Under the pieces are notes generated by a model. It did not search any database, was not told where the DNA came from, and worked only from the letters and a program-made list of their open reading frames with translations. Both the position numbers and the translations under genes were made by a program. Shown here one piece after another: positions 33,201-45,051 of a DNA stretch of 64,000 nt (within the stretch, counting starts at the first letter, position 1; each line of letters begins with the position of its first letter). Source of the DNA: Schizochytrium sp. TIO01 (taxonomy: Eukaryota; Protista; Bigyra: Labyrinthulomycetes); contig SMSO01000008.1 in assembly GCA_004764695.1 (NCBI GenBank), positions 186,001 to 250,000 of the forward strand, in the 5' to 3' direction.

Positions 33201-35063
33201 ATGGAGGGGCTTCTTGAGGTGCCTAAGAGCGGTCGCTGGCGTCCTGGGTACGCACGATACTTTGTAGTGGACTTTGAGCGCAAAGCTGTCTGCTCAGGCA
33301 AAGATGAGGCTCAGGCCAAAGGGGATGCCGCTAAAAAACTCCCGGGGTATAATTTCGCTGCCGTTGAGCTAACAGGGAGTGTCCCTGGTGAGTTTCATGT
33401 GCTCACGCGAAAGAGGACATATGTTTTTCGTGCAGCATCCGCACGTGAAGCCCGAAGATGGGTCCGCGCAGTGCAAACTCTAATGCAGGACCTTGCAGGT
33501 CTAAGTGACCACGTTCGTACCGCCTCTGGAGGAACTAAGTCACTCTCATCCGAACGGAATGGTATGCTCATTTTGGGGTCCATCTTTGCAACTATTTGTT
33601 TCACGCTAATTTATCTAACGGCCCTCATTTCACCGAGATCACCATCATTAATACGACCAACACCATCCTCGTCATCTTCTGCTCAAGAAGACAATCTCTC
33701 GAATGACTACGCAGCCTTAAATGACCTCCCTCTTAAACAAGATGGAGGAAACAGTAACAGTGGCGGGGGACTTTTACTTGTTCTAATTCTCCTCGGCCTT
33801 GGCTGCACGACTGCGCTCTTTAAAGATAAAATTTACGAATATTTTGATACCGAAATGCAGCGAATCCGATGCGCAATGGAAGACACATATAGGGAGACCC
33901 TTGAAAGCTGGCGAACTCCATATGATGAATTCATTCAGTCATGGTTTGGTGCATACGACGAGGTCAAATCTTCCGGGCGGCAGTACTTCAATACCTTCTG
34001 TGCATCACTTCCACACTTCCTTCTCGCTGAGAATAGTGAAAAAGAAGAAGACTCAGAACCCGCCAAGAGGCGTTCAAGGCGCTCACAGAGAAGCTTTGCG
34101 TCTAAAATTGATATTGGCCCACGTGCTCTCGGACCAGATCAACGACGGTCCTTCGAGCGAAGACTGATGGCACATCACAACTCCTCCGCTGCTATGAACT
34201 TAACAAGATCCTCTTCGGCTCCGGAAGGTCTTTCTGAGAATTCAGGTTCACGTCAATCTTTTAGAAGGGAACCTCGGCGACTCGTTTTCGACAACGAAAG
34301 AACAAATGCATTGCAGTCTATGCTCGCAAGCAGAAGCGCCACATCGTCGGCCTCTTCCTTCGCTTCTTCTAACTCTGAAACGCACTCAACACTTTCTCTT
34401 CAGGAGGATTTTGATGATCTTGAAAATGAAGACTCGCCTATCGAGAGCGAGGTGTCACCAGCGAAAGGTCGTTCTGCAAAGTTAAAGAAATCAAAGAGCT
34501 TTCGCTCTTGGTGGGGTAGAAAGCGCCAAGGAAGTCAAAGTAAACTGACAGCGGCTGCTCCAATTGTTACAGAGATTGATCCAGAGCCTGTACCTGGGCA
34601 CAATAAAAGGTCTCGGCAACCACCTCCCCTTCCGAAGCGAAAATCATCCGCCAAACGCTATTCACGTCGGCCATTCGAGACTTCCGAGTCAGCCTTATGT
34701 AGTGAAGCTGACGAGGAGACCAAAGACGACGACCTCACGCTCAATGAAGGCACCACTCCAGCTTCGCGCATGGAGAACGCCGGACCTGAGTACGCAAAAT
34801 ATGCCAAAATGTTACGAAATGGCGTCCCAGAGGGTGCCGTGCGAAATGCACTTGCGCGGGATGATGTAACAGAACCTTATGGAGTTTTTGAAGATGATGG
34901 TCTTTATTCTCACTCCAAAGCAACTAAGATGCAACAGCATATTAATCATGCAAAACAAAACAAATCGAATGCACCTCGCAGATCTCTTCGGCAAGAGCCG
35001 AGTATGATTGATGAATTGAGACGACGTCAACTAACTCTTGGCATTGTCCCGGTGGAAGAGTGA
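33201..35063 (+). CDS. PH-domain protein with two hydrophobic segments, CCDC53-like helical motif and WH2-like tail
   Basis: N-terminal PH (MEGLLEV..RYFVV..FHVLTRKRTYVFRAASAREARRWVRAVQ). Hydrophobic LILGSIFATICFTLIYLTALI and LLLVLILLGLGCTTALF. YAKYAKMLRNGVPEGAVRNALARD. SMIDELRRRQL. Confidence 0.85.
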   Translation: MEGLLEVPKSGRWRPGYARYFVVDFERKAVCSGKDEAQAKGDAAKKLPGYNFAAVELTGSVPGEFHVLTRKRTYVFRAASAREARRWVRAVQTLMQDLAGLSDHVRTASGGTKSLSSERNGMLILGSIFATICFTLIYLTALISPRSPSLIRPTPSSSSSAQEDNLSNDYAALNDLPLKQDGGNSNSGGGLLLVLILLGLGCTTALFKDKIYEYFDTEMQRIRCAMEDTYRETLESWRTPYDEFIQSWFGAYDEVKSSGRQYFNTFCASLPHFLLAENSEKEEDSEPAKRRSRRSQRSFASKIDIGPRALGPDQRRSFERRLMAHHNSSAAMNLTRSSSAPEGLSENSGSRQSFRREPRRLVFDNERTNALQSMLASRSATSSASSFASSNSETHSTLSLQEDFDDLENEDSPIESEVSPAKGRSAKLKKSKSFRSWWGRKRQGSQSKLTAAAPIVTEIDPEPVPGHNKRSRQPPPLPKRKSSAKRYSRRPFETSESALCSEADEETKDDDLTLNEGTTPASRMENAGPEYAKYAKMLRNGVPEGAVRNALARDDVTEPYGVFEDDGLYSHSKATKMQQHINHAKQNKSNAPRRSLRQEPSMIDELRRRQLTLGIVPVEE

Positions 35064-35713
35064 AAATTAAGAAAAAAGTTCCATTGGGAATGATATATAG
35101 GAAATTGCTCAACGTTGGTTGATATTTCACAATGAACACGTAGTTACAGTCATATATATATATTCTAGCCAATTATTTTATGTATTGCATTATCCAAATG
35201 AGGAAAGAAAGTGAGCAATTCTGAGGTTTGAGATTTCCACTCGTAAACTTTGATTTAGTCGGCTGCCTCTTTCATCCACACAGGTAGGTTCTTTCCTTTT
35301 CTCAATGCCAGTTGGAACATGTGGTATTGGGATGGAGAATAATTATTTGAACAATAGTAATTTAAATAAAAGTGATGTCATCTTTTTAAGAAAAAGTGAT
35401 GTGGCTGTGAGTGGGCAGGCACATTTTGCTAAGGAACATGGCGATCCTTTCAAAGCCATACGATTAAAATAAAATTATATATATTGAATGCTGGAGATGG
35501 AGAATGCTAATTTTCATAGATAATCCCTTATTTAATATGAGCCTTACCACTTGTGATTTCCGTATGTTTGCAGATTGTGGAAGACTTAATGGGTAGGGTA
35601 ATCAAAACGCGGGTTGGCTATGCCAAATAAGCTCTATCACTGTAAGTTGCGATAGGTGAAAGTAAGTAACGCCCCTATATGATGTGCTTTGATTAATTTG
35701 TCTGTTGTCGCTT

Positions 35714-38700
35714 CTACAGAGGAGACTCTATATGGCGAATCTGCATCGCCGGGGGTTGGTGGCCAGCTCGAAATGACATTTCAAGAGGATACGACATCTC
35801 TCGCTGAGTCTCCTGCACAAGACTCTTCAGAGCCTGCTGGCGCAGTTGCTTCTGGATAGAAAGGTCCTGTGTGAGGTCAAGCAGCTGGCGAGAAGCATAA
35901 TCCCCTGCAGAGCACTCATCCTTATACCCTGTTGCAGCGTGCCGAATTTCAGTCACAGAGCGCTCGAGTAGATCGCACAACCCCCAAAGTCCTGCGTTGG
36001 GTTGTCCAGGAGTCATTTCGTTCTGGGAACTTTGTCGTGGCACGGATTCGCATACAATGTTGCCAGGCAGGGCAAACAGGCGATCATGCTCTGTATATGC
36101 ATGTATGCGCGACCCAGGGACAGCTTTGCGAGAAGAAGTGCTGGGACGCTGCCGTTCAAGGATGTGACAGTTACGTTTAAACATATCAAGTGATGGATTA
36201 TTTTGTGGTGCTTGATTGATATGTTCCCGAGCAAGGCTTTCAACCGTGCATGATTCTAGGTCTGCTGTGAGCTGCAAGATGACCTCGAGGTCATCCGAAA
36301 ATGAATCGTGCGTGTGTTCTCCAATCGCTTTCCAATCGTGTAAAAGGTCATCAAAAAGGCCCTTTTGATCTTGTAAGGCCTCTTGTTGCTCCAAGAGTAG
36401 GTTGGCATCGTTGGCGAATGACTTGATGCGCTTCGCAATGTCTAAAGAGCGTGTGCGAGCGTGAAGGAGATCCTCTTGGAATTTGGCACGAGCTGCAGGA
36501 GTACTTGCTTGCCGTGCTCCCACACTGTATTTTCCGACTGCCAAGAGTAGTGTTCGCTCAAAGCCCTCCAAGGCAAGTTGCTGCTGACTTATTTCCGATA
36601 GTTGGCTTTCAAGTTGTTGAATTGCGTCTCCTAGCGTCTCAATAAGGCTTTCAAGCTTGGATTGGGTAACATCATCTTCAAATAGCTGTGGAGGTGGCAG
36701 AGAGCTCATGTCCAAAGTTCGCTCTAAGTCTTCAACATAAGCTCGATATATTTGTACATGGAGATCAAGCGCCTCTGAAAGTTTGTTCTGCTGTTCGAGC
36801 TCTTCCTGGAGATTGTTGGTCTCTATATAGTGGGGAACATTTGATCTGGATGCTGCCCAGTCTTCTTCTACTGAAAACACCCAGCGGCCAAGTCTAGATG
36901 TCCAAAATTTTCCTGCTCTCACGCACATCTCAAGTTCATCCTGGCTTTGGCAGCGCGTGATCGGTTGAAACTCAAAACATTTGACAGGCGAATATGCTGC
37001 ATCAGCCGAAAAGGGGACGCCCCCGAGCTGCTCTGCCCGTGATACACGTTTCGTATCCTCACTGTGACGAACAGAATGAGGAAAACGCAGGTCCATAGAT
37101 GAGTCATCTAGTCCTAAGGACTTAGAGCTACTTCTCAAGGCGCGTCTGAGCTGTCGGAACAGAAAGTGTGCACTAGGGCCAGTTGAACCCCAAGAGAAGA
37201 GCACAGTTCGACCAGTTCGGTCATCTAGACCTGCGCAAATCGTAGTGTTGGGACCGCATGTGAGTTTTCGGACTTTGATGTTGTCAGCAGTGTAGGTGCG
37301 TTCTCCACGTGGCCCAAAGTCACTCGATGGGAACTCGACTCGGGATGGCATATAAATAAAGGCTTCCATAGTATTAAGTCCTGTTTGTCCATGACTGTTA
37401 CTGCCCCAGGAGTATAGTTGGGCGCCATGAAGATCGTCCGTAATTGCGCAAAAATGACCAGAGCCAGCGGCGACTCTTACAACTTGTTGAAATCGTGGGA
37501 AGACCTGAACACGAGGGCTCGGGTGATTTTGAACATCAAAATTTTTAGACTTGTTTCCAAAAAACCATGATGTGTTCCTTTCATCAGATACTAAGTCGGT
37601 GGCATTTTCATCACTGTCCAAGTCAGAGCTGTCATCTTCATCGGAGCTACTGCTGATGCTTTCCATTCTTTGTTTATTTCTATCCGCTGGGGCTGGCCCA
37701 AATGAAACACCCTGCTGCGTAAGAGGATCACGAAGACTTTGCAAGCGCTTTGTATCCAAAGTAGAATGAATGTGATGTGCTTCCAGCTTTTGTGACATAC
37801 CCGGGTAATCATCACAAGGTGCTAACATCACGAGCTCCATGGCAGAAGGTTCAGGTATGTTTACAGAGTTACTCATTCCAGAAGAGTAGCGTTTCTTGGG
37901 GTTCAAACTGCTCGTCCCACTTCCCTTTGATTTGTTTGATGAAACGTTGGTTTGTGATGAAAGGCTAGCGGTGCTGTGTCTTCTAGCAGTACCTGATCGA
38001 GGTGTGCTGCTCATAACAATCCCCGAAGTTCCAAGAGTAGAATTCGCAGGTCCTGGCGACCTCGGCGAGTCCATAGATGGCTTGCTAAAGAAACGAGATT
38101 TCTTCCGGTCCTTCGTTGTAGAAGATGAAGTGCAGCTAGGGGGTGACGCATTTGCTAGTGGCGGGGTTGCTACAGAAGGGCATGTTGGTGAAGAGGTTTG
38201 CATAGGTCTGGGAGGAGCGCCTCTCGCAGAGCCCGAAGGCGCTAGATTTGGGGGTGTCGGGGGCGAAGGTGAGGAAGGCGCCCGCAGTGGAGTTACAGGG
38301 AGGCTACTCCCGGTCACCGCCCTGAGGGTATTGTCCGAATGTGATGATCGATCCTCATGTTTTATTACAATACTAGATGCTTTGTCAATCGTAAGCCAGG
38401 ATGATTGTGACTGATCTTGCTTGGAATTAGGTTCGTGCGGTAGTCCGTTGAAAGAAGAACCAAGCTGGCTCGAGAACGAGTTTGATCCAGAACCACCCAA
38501 AGATTGTAGTTCACCTGCAGACGAGTTCCCGAATCCTGGGACTACGAGTTGGCCATCTTCTAGGAGGATGACAGCGCTTGTATCGGTACACGCAATTTGC
38601 CTGATTGGCATTCCTTGCACTTGGAGTGCTGCAAGGCGCGCCTTGGTTGATTGGAGTGCATAGTCTTGATCGGGACGAAGTTTACGCCGTCTCAAGCGAG

Positions 38701-39796
38701 AGCGCTGCGAATTTGAGGTAGCCTCGTGCAAGTATGATTCAATAAGGACATTCAGCGCTTCGATACCATTGCCTTGACGATCTAGAATTGTCTGGCGAGC
38801 CATAAAGCTGTCATCACTAACGCCAAGCTCTTCCCTTTGGAAAGCATCAATAACCAATTGCTGTCTTGCTACGTATCCTGGGTATTTAGTTTCTACCCAC
38901 AGAGGACTTTTTGATTGGTGCATAGGCGAGTGACCAGTGTTCCCTAGCTGAGACTCACTCCTGCTATGTTCTCCTGTGCTGCCTCCTCCCGCCCCAACCC
39001 CGAGTGAAGCTGTCGTGAATGTTGTTGTTGATGTCGGTGCTGGTGCTGATGATAAAGAAGAGGGTGGACCATACGCATTCACTATTCCGGCTGCACCTGC
39101 TTGTGGTGTTGCGTGTCCACTCATCCCCCCTCTCATTAAATCCTGAGCGATTCGAGTGTCCTTCTTAGTCCCTCCAAAGCGTGGAGACACAAACCGCCGT
39201 CGTGGGGTGTTGGGTATACTTGGGTTTGTGTTTTGATCAAGGTGGCTGTCCAAGACATCGAGTGCATTTGCAAAATAGCCTGCCATACCCCAGTGCATGA
39301 CGTGGGACCCAGGACAGTTTGCGTGTGCGATATTTGCATTAGAGTATTCAAATGCCAGTTCGTCATTAGTGAAAGTTCTCCCTCCATTGAAGGAGACCGA
39401 CACAGGTAGCCACTCAATGTTTTGCGGGACAGGTACTGACATGCAGAGGATCTTGGTCTCATCGCAGAAAAGTGGTCTCTGCATGCGATCTCCAAAGCTA
39501 ACAAAAACTAAGGAGGGGTCTCGCGCCGCAGGAAAGCGTCCGCGTAACGTAACAAGCTCAAACCCAAGTCTTGTGCCAGAAGGAGGCTCAATCTTTTCAA
39601 TTGTCCAGCGACTTGGGCCACCAGAAGCGTCTGGAGCATCTCCATCATCATGAAGCTCCAGCTCTTCGCAGCTTGCCTCCACGCGGCGAACCTGTGCACT
39701 GAGGCCAGTTACAGCACATATACCCGCTCTGTCACGCACGAACGCGAGCGAAGCAGGTTTAGAAGCTCCTGAGAAAGAAGAACCGGCGTGCGCCAT
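35714..39796 (-). CDS. IPT/TIG + RCC1-repeat + coiled-coil protein (1360 aa)
   Basis: IPT: IEKIEPPSG..G..LVTLRG.F..V.FG..V.VSFNGG..F.Y. RCC1 blades: IRQIACT..AVILLEDGQL; VVRVAAGSGHFCAIT..LYSWGSNSHGQTG; LTCG..LFSWG. C-terminal heptad-rich region. Confidence 0.85.
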   Translation of the reverse strand: MAHAGSSFSGASKPASLAFVRDRAGICAVTGLSAQVRRVEASCEELELHDDGDAPDASGGPSRWTIEKIEPPSGTRLGFELVTLRGRFPAARDPSLVFVSFGDRMQRPLFCDETKILCMSVPVPQNIEWLPVSVSFNGGRTFTNDELAFEYSNANIAHANCPGSHVMHWGMAGYFANALDVLDSHLDQNTNPSIPNTPRRRFVSPRFGGTKKDTRIAQDLMRGGMSGHATPQAGAAGIVNAYGPPSSLSSAPAPTSTTTFTTASLGVGAGGGSTGEHSRSESQLGNTGHSPMHQSKSPLWVETKYPGYVARQQLVIDAFQREELGVSDDSFMARQTILDRQGNGIEALNVLIESYLHEATSNSQRSRLRRRKLRPDQDYALQSTKARLAALQVQGMPIRQIACTDTSAVILLEDGQLVVPGFGNSSAGELQSLGGSGSNSFSSQLGSSFNGLPHEPNSKQDQSQSSWLTIDKASSIVIKHEDRSSHSDNTLRAVTGSSLPVTPLRAPSSPSPPTPPNLAPSGSARGAPPRPMQTSSPTCPSVATPPLANASPPSCTSSSTTKDRKKSRFFSKPSMDSPRSPGPANSTLGTSGIVMSSTPRSGTARRHSTASLSSQTNVSSNKSKGSGTSSLNPKKRYSSGMSNSVNIPEPSAMELVMLAPCDDYPGMSQKLEAHHIHSTLDTKRLQSLRDPLTQQGVSFGPAPADRNKQRMESISSSSDEDDSSDLDSDENATDLVSDERNTSWFFGNKSKNFDVQNHPSPRVQVFPRFQQVVRVAAGSGHFCAITDDLHGAQLYSWGSNSHGQTGLNTMEAFIYMPSRVEFPSSDFGPRGERTYTADNIKVRKLTCGPNTTICAGLDDRTGRTVLFSWGSTGPSAHFLFRQLRRALRSSSKSLGLDDSSMDLRFPHSVRHSEDTKRVSRAEQLGGVPFSADAAYSPVKCFEFQPITRCQSQDELEMCVRAGKFWTSRLGRWVFSVEEDWAASRSNVPHYIETNNLQEELEQQNKLSEALDLHVQIYRAYVEDLERTLDMSSLPPPQLFEDDVTQSKLESLIETLGDAIQQLESQLSEISQQQLALEGFERTLLLAVGKYSVGARQASTPAARAKFQEDLLHARTRSLDIAKRIKSFANDANLLLEQQEALQDQKGLFDDLLHDWKAIGEHTHDSFSDDLEVILQLTADLESCTVESLAREHINQAPQNNPSLDMFKRNCHILERQRPSTSSRKAVPGSRIHAYTEHDRLFALPGNIVCESVPRQSSQNEMTPGQPNAGLWGLCDLLERSVTEIRHAATGYKDECSAGDYASRQLLDLTQDLSIQKQLRQQALKSLVQETQREMSYPLEMSFRAGHQPPAMQIRHIESPL

Positions 39797-41708
39797 CTCT
39801 GCGTCAGGTTCAAAAGGGGCTTGGGCAAATGCTCAAGGTTCTGATGAATTAGGATCGCGTTCGCATACGATTGTCAGAATCGAATTGGCTCTCGAATTTT
39901 TCTGAATTCGGACTTGAGACTTGATTATTGAATTTCTAGTCTCGATTGCAGTGTTGTCGATTTCAATAGAGGTGCTAGTGTTTGGCCATGAACGGGTATG
40001 GTTGGCGCTGGTAATGGCGATGACAACGAAATGGCTGAGAAAAGCAGAGCAGAGCGAAGAAGAAGAAGAGGAAGCCTGACAAGTTGCGGCAGGTATCTAT
40101 CGATGACGATGGGCTTGCGTGAGGTTGTGAGGTTACAATCCCTCTCTCAAGAAGCCAGCACTTAGAAGGCCAAAATGATCGTGTGGGGTTACTTTAACAG
40201 GCACATATCCTCCATTGAATAGATAGTAGCTCTGCTAGAACAAGCCACTCTCGCAAACGACGGCTCCGCAATTTCTTTCTACACAAGGTTTGTTTGACTA
40301 GAAAGTTTTTATTTGATATGATGATATGATACCTAGGCCTACCTACCACCTAGTACTCACATGGACTTTACTATAGCCAGCAAATCGATGAACGAAATAA
40401 GGATAAAGAAGAAACTCGTAATAGTCAACCATGGATATGAGAAATTTTCGACCAAGAAACAAAATTTGATCAACGTGATGCTAAAAAGGTATAACTAGGT
40501 AGTATCTTTTGAGCTAAATATACAGTAATTAATTAGCACGAGTAGTGCATTGTACTTGAAGTTAATCAAACATCTTGTAAGTACCATTGGAGATAGAAAT
40601 TGCATTTTGATGGTAAGACGTTCATGCGGTACTTGAATTTGTATCTTTACAGGCCTGAAGTGCTACCGTATAAGTTTACATTTTGGATCTAGGAGCAATA
40701 CACCTAATGTGTTTCTGATTATAAACATTTTGCAATCATAGCGATCATAGTAAAGTACATATCCACACTCAACCTAAGTTACAAGCCGGACCAACAAAAT
40801 GAATAAGATGTTTATCAAATCAAGCTGATTTTCTCTAGATGTAAAAAAGAAATCAATTCAAGTCAAGACAGATTTTGCTCAAAAAGAAAGTGGTCTCATT
40901 TGAAGTCTTCAAAATTCTAAGCTAGTGAGCCAAAATCATAATGCGCTCGCACTGGTGGCAACAGTCTCAACAAGCAGCCCTTCCACATAGTTAGAGTCTC
41001 CAGTCAAAGCGAGACGGCAATACAATCAAACCATGTGCAGAAAGATACCAAAATGATATGTGCCTTATTCTTATCCGAACCAAAGTGGGCTAGACTTTGG
41101 TGTGAACGAACACTTTAGTAGTTAATTACAAGCTGATCAAAACTTCCTCGGGACTTCTCGATGGGCAAGCACCTGAATTGAGTCGACTAAGCTTGATCAT
41201 TTAAAATGAAGGGTTTTAGTATCATAATCTGCAATTCGTGAATGGTGTGTTGCTGGGTGAGCCGTATGATCATACTCTGTTGAGAAGGATCAGTGTTTTA
41301 AAGTGCCTTGAACTTTGCCCTTATCTCAAGTGATGTCCTTACCCAAGCAAGAAGAGTATATTCGTGCCCAAATTAGTGAATTGTCGAAGCGTGCATAGCA
41401 GCTAGAGCTGCCAGCTTTTTATTATTTTCCATCGTCCCATGGTCCCATGAAATGAGCGCATTACCTAGGTTCGTATTTCCAATGCTAGTGAATGTTATAG
41501 AGTTTAGTTAAAACTACTAATCTCCTAAGCTCATATCACTCCTGCCTACCTCTTTTATTGCGAACCGTTAAGATGTGAAGACAGGGGATTATGAATGCAC
41601 GATGAGAGTGTAGGAGCCAGAGCCCAATTGATGTCATCACTAGTCTCCCCACGCAGGCAAAGTGAAAAATAGAGGATCGTGTGATCCTTGAAAAGCAACG
41701 CAGAAGGA

Positions 41709-42967
41709 TGATTCCAAGAGTGCTAGGTGTCGTCGGTTTGGCGACGAAGGAAGAAACAGACACTGGGTTGTTCTTCGAGGTCTGCCAAACTCTCAAGCGG
41801 GGAATTGCAAATGGCAAACTTCACGGCTGGGGTGCGCTTCGCGCATTGCACCCGAGTGAGGTTTCTGGACAGGAGCAACTACAGGGCCTGACAGCATTAC
41901 TTTTGGTCCAACTTCCAAGACACCAGTTACTTCGCCTTGACGAGATTGCACGAGCAGTAGGTGTCGAGGTCATCATTGCAATTAATCTTCATGGCTTTGT
42001 CTTGCGCGTGTTGTATGATCAAGGAGATATGACACAACCTGATTCTAATAAATCAACTGATGACGAATTAGAATCAGATCGCATGAAAGCTTACACTGTG
42101 GAACCACAGTCTGCACAAAGTATCAGGCGTGTTATGCCTTCTGGAGTTATTGAGGTTTACGACGACTTGGCGTTTACTTTTGAGGTTGGGCAACACGTCA
42201 TATTTTCGGCGTTGAGGCCTGTAAATGCCAATGATGCAAGTCATGCAATTGCTATTGAGGATGCTGGCGCATTTGAGATTATTGAAACTCGCCCATCGCG
42301 ATCCCAGTTGAAAATAGATCGCAGGGGAATTCCATTTACAAGAATAGCATCAGAGGCTGGAGTCGTAGAGCGGGTACACTTGGTGGGTCAGTCTATCGAA
42401 TCAGGTGACACAAGGTATTCTGAAGAAGCAAAAGATAGGGAAATGACGCTTACAAAAGTAAGAAAATATTATCGGCCACTGCGTGAGGTCATGGTGTGGC
42501 CTCATGATAAGGAAGGGCATGCAAGTATATGGCCTTTACAACAAACCGATCCTCAGCTATGGCAAACTCATGCATATTTGCAAGGACTCGCGGGGTTCAT
42601 TCAACAATATGGATTTACACCATCGCCTCGGAATGCAGATGGTGTACGTCTGTTTGCAGATCAATATTTACTAGATAATCAACTTGTACTTGGGGCTCCG
42701 CAAAGTATGCCTCCAATTTTGGAACCTGATCTATGTGAGTTTCTGACCCAATATGTAAACATCGAACACCCAGTTCTGGTGCGGGCACTGCGTCGTTTGG
42801 TTATAGCCATACTTTGCGGAGAGAAGTCAGAGTTTAAGCCTGGGCAGCAGCAGCTCCTGATATTGTTCCCCCTGCAGGATGTTTTAGAACTGGGCCCTGT
42901 GGATTTGGACGACCCTGAAATCGATGAGCTTTTGCAGTGTAGATTACCCCCTTATATGCTGCAATAG
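41709..42967 (+). CDS. Divergent homologue of the N-terminal half (inactive adenylation, FCCH and four-helix bundle domains) of ubiquitin-activating enzyme E1
   Basis: Colinear with UBA1: HGFVLRVLYDQG~GLFGQLFCDFG; GVIEVYDD..FTFEVGQHVIFS~GVVTCLDE..HGFESGDFVSFS; YYRPLRE~SFKSL; HAYLQGLAGFIQQYGFTPSPRN~HIGFQALHQF..HGRPPRPRN; EFKPGQQ~KFMPIMQ. Stop TAG at 42965-42967. The start is the first ATG (MIPRVL) and is uncertain. Confidence 0.7.
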
Positions 42968-45006
42968 GAGATGATATTGTATGTGCTGGGTCCCTAAGTC
43001 CTCGCTTTTAATAGGAGAAACACAGACTCGATGCTGCAATCTTAAAGAAGCCTTTATAGGGATGCGATCTTTTCTGTTTCTCATTGGCTTTCTACCTTTG
43101 GTGTACAAAGTTACTTTGTGTTTCTTCAACAGTACCTTTGATGTTGAGAAGAAAAAGAAGATAAAGCACGCGTGCAGATCGTGTATAGATATTCACATGG
43201 GTAAGAAACAGATATTCTCCTTTAAAAAAAAGCGCAAAAAGTCAAACAAAACTCAATCTACTATTGTAGCGCTGGTTGAGGGTGATTATAATCTAGAGCG
43301 AATATATTGAATAAATATTTAGTCTGTTACTCTGGCTCCATGCACGAGCTGATTCGCACAAGTATCCTGATTATTTCAATTGGTCTTGGAGGGTTCACCA
43401 CTGAAAGATATTGTCATTGCATCAAAAGGAATAACAACAGAACGCATTTAATGAATGTGGCAGTCAACCTCAGTCATACACACGGGAAAAAGTGCCAGCT
43501 GGCCAGCTAAAAAGCCATATTTAAAGTCCAGAAACTCACTCAACTCATCTGTAAATACGCTCCAATGAGACCATGTGCTACTCAGCTACTTATTGAGTAA
43601 TCTGTCTTCATGTTCTGCGGAGTGAGTTTGCAGTTTTCTGTCATCTGGAGAGACATGATCTTTTCTTATTCGAATTTAAAATAATCACTTTGTCTAAACT
43701 TTGACTTGAACTTGAGTTGAACAGGAAAAAGAAAAGTACTGTTTGTGACCTCGGTTTTTATACGAAGGAGGCCAGTCAATGCCACTTATCAAGAATTAAT
43801 TCTTTCAGATCTTGTTGGAGTTTTTAATAAAGCGTTGATGCCCAAACAAGAACTACACAGCACCTACCTACCAACGTATTCTCAGTCCTAGGTAAGTGCT
43901 TTGGCGTGAGGATGGAAACTACTTGCTACCTACTAATACCTGATTAACCGATAGCTGGTACCAACTGGACCAAACAAAACACTGGGAAGCCATAGGGGGC
44001 ATCTGCTGACATCTAGTCACGGCTTCCAGATGAATGTTTCTCTGTCAACTGGCCTTTCTCTTTCTTATTCATGAATAATAGCTAGTATGAGGAACTGGCT
44101 GCTAATAGGGCTATAGAGGCCTGTGACAGAAACAATACTACTCATTCTCTAAAAAGATCATCTTAGAAAGCTGATCACTCTCTCTTATCAGTCAAACAGG
44201 TTTCCTATCATTAAGGCATATCTAAAAGCGTATTCTCATAGAGTTCTTTCATGCTCTTGTTTTCATTCTGAGGGAAAAGCAAACACCATCGTTACTTTGT
44301 TCAGATCTAAAAGTAAGTTAAGTGAATAAACCATTTTTTCTTGTTTCTTCAATGAGCACCTTAGCAAGTTGGCAAGCCAAAGCAATCACTACTTAAATAT
44401 ACTTTGAAAACATTCAAAAGGTGCCACCACTGGCATGGGAAAACTCAAAGAAACTATGAATTTTTTTGAAATTTTTGGCTTTCTAGTTTTAAAAACATTA
44501 TTCTAATATTATACATTTAAAAAAAGAACAAAAAAAACAGTGCATCTCTGCTCAGGTAGTAGTATGGTATGTGGAAAGCCCCGGTCCGATTAAGTGATTT
44601 GGTTCTTCAGGTGTAGTAGGTCTACTGCAGAAAAAGACCCTCACCATCAGAGCCAAGCTGCTTCTCCTTTATTGATAACTATGATGCTTCAACCAAAGAA
44701 GGGCATAGGTCAGTCGGGCTCTTTCTAATTCTAATTTATTCTAATTTATTTTCTCTACTTCTACTTCTGTTCCTAGGCATGCAGGTATTTGTGGTCTTTC
44801 TTACTATTGTGTATTTGGTAGCACCTAGTATGAAGGTATGTAGGTATGTAGAGCAAGTGCGGTGGCTTTCTTTTAATTTTCTTTTAATTGTTTTATTAAT
44901 TCTTGAAACTAAATAAAAATCTATTTTATTTTGTTTCAATTATCATTATCTGGGTCATGCTACTTTTAAAATAGAATAAAATAGAATTAGAAGAAGCTAA
45001 GTATAC

Positions 45007-45051
45007 TTAATGTTAATGTTAATGTTAATGTTAATGTTAATGTTAATGTTA
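45007..45051. repeat. (TTAATG)n hexamer microsatellite
   Basis: ttaatgttaatgttaatg.. about 7 units. Confidence 0.9.

Noticed and set aside
40690-41500. Weak RT-like words (SDYKHFAI, INSSQDRF) upstream of the half-E1 gene
   Set aside because: Too short and degenerate to support a call; no second copy seen.
45007-45051. (TTAATG)n or (TTTTAA)n as interstitial telomere
   Set aside because: Not a G-rich TTAGGG-type repeat; short ordinary microsatellites.
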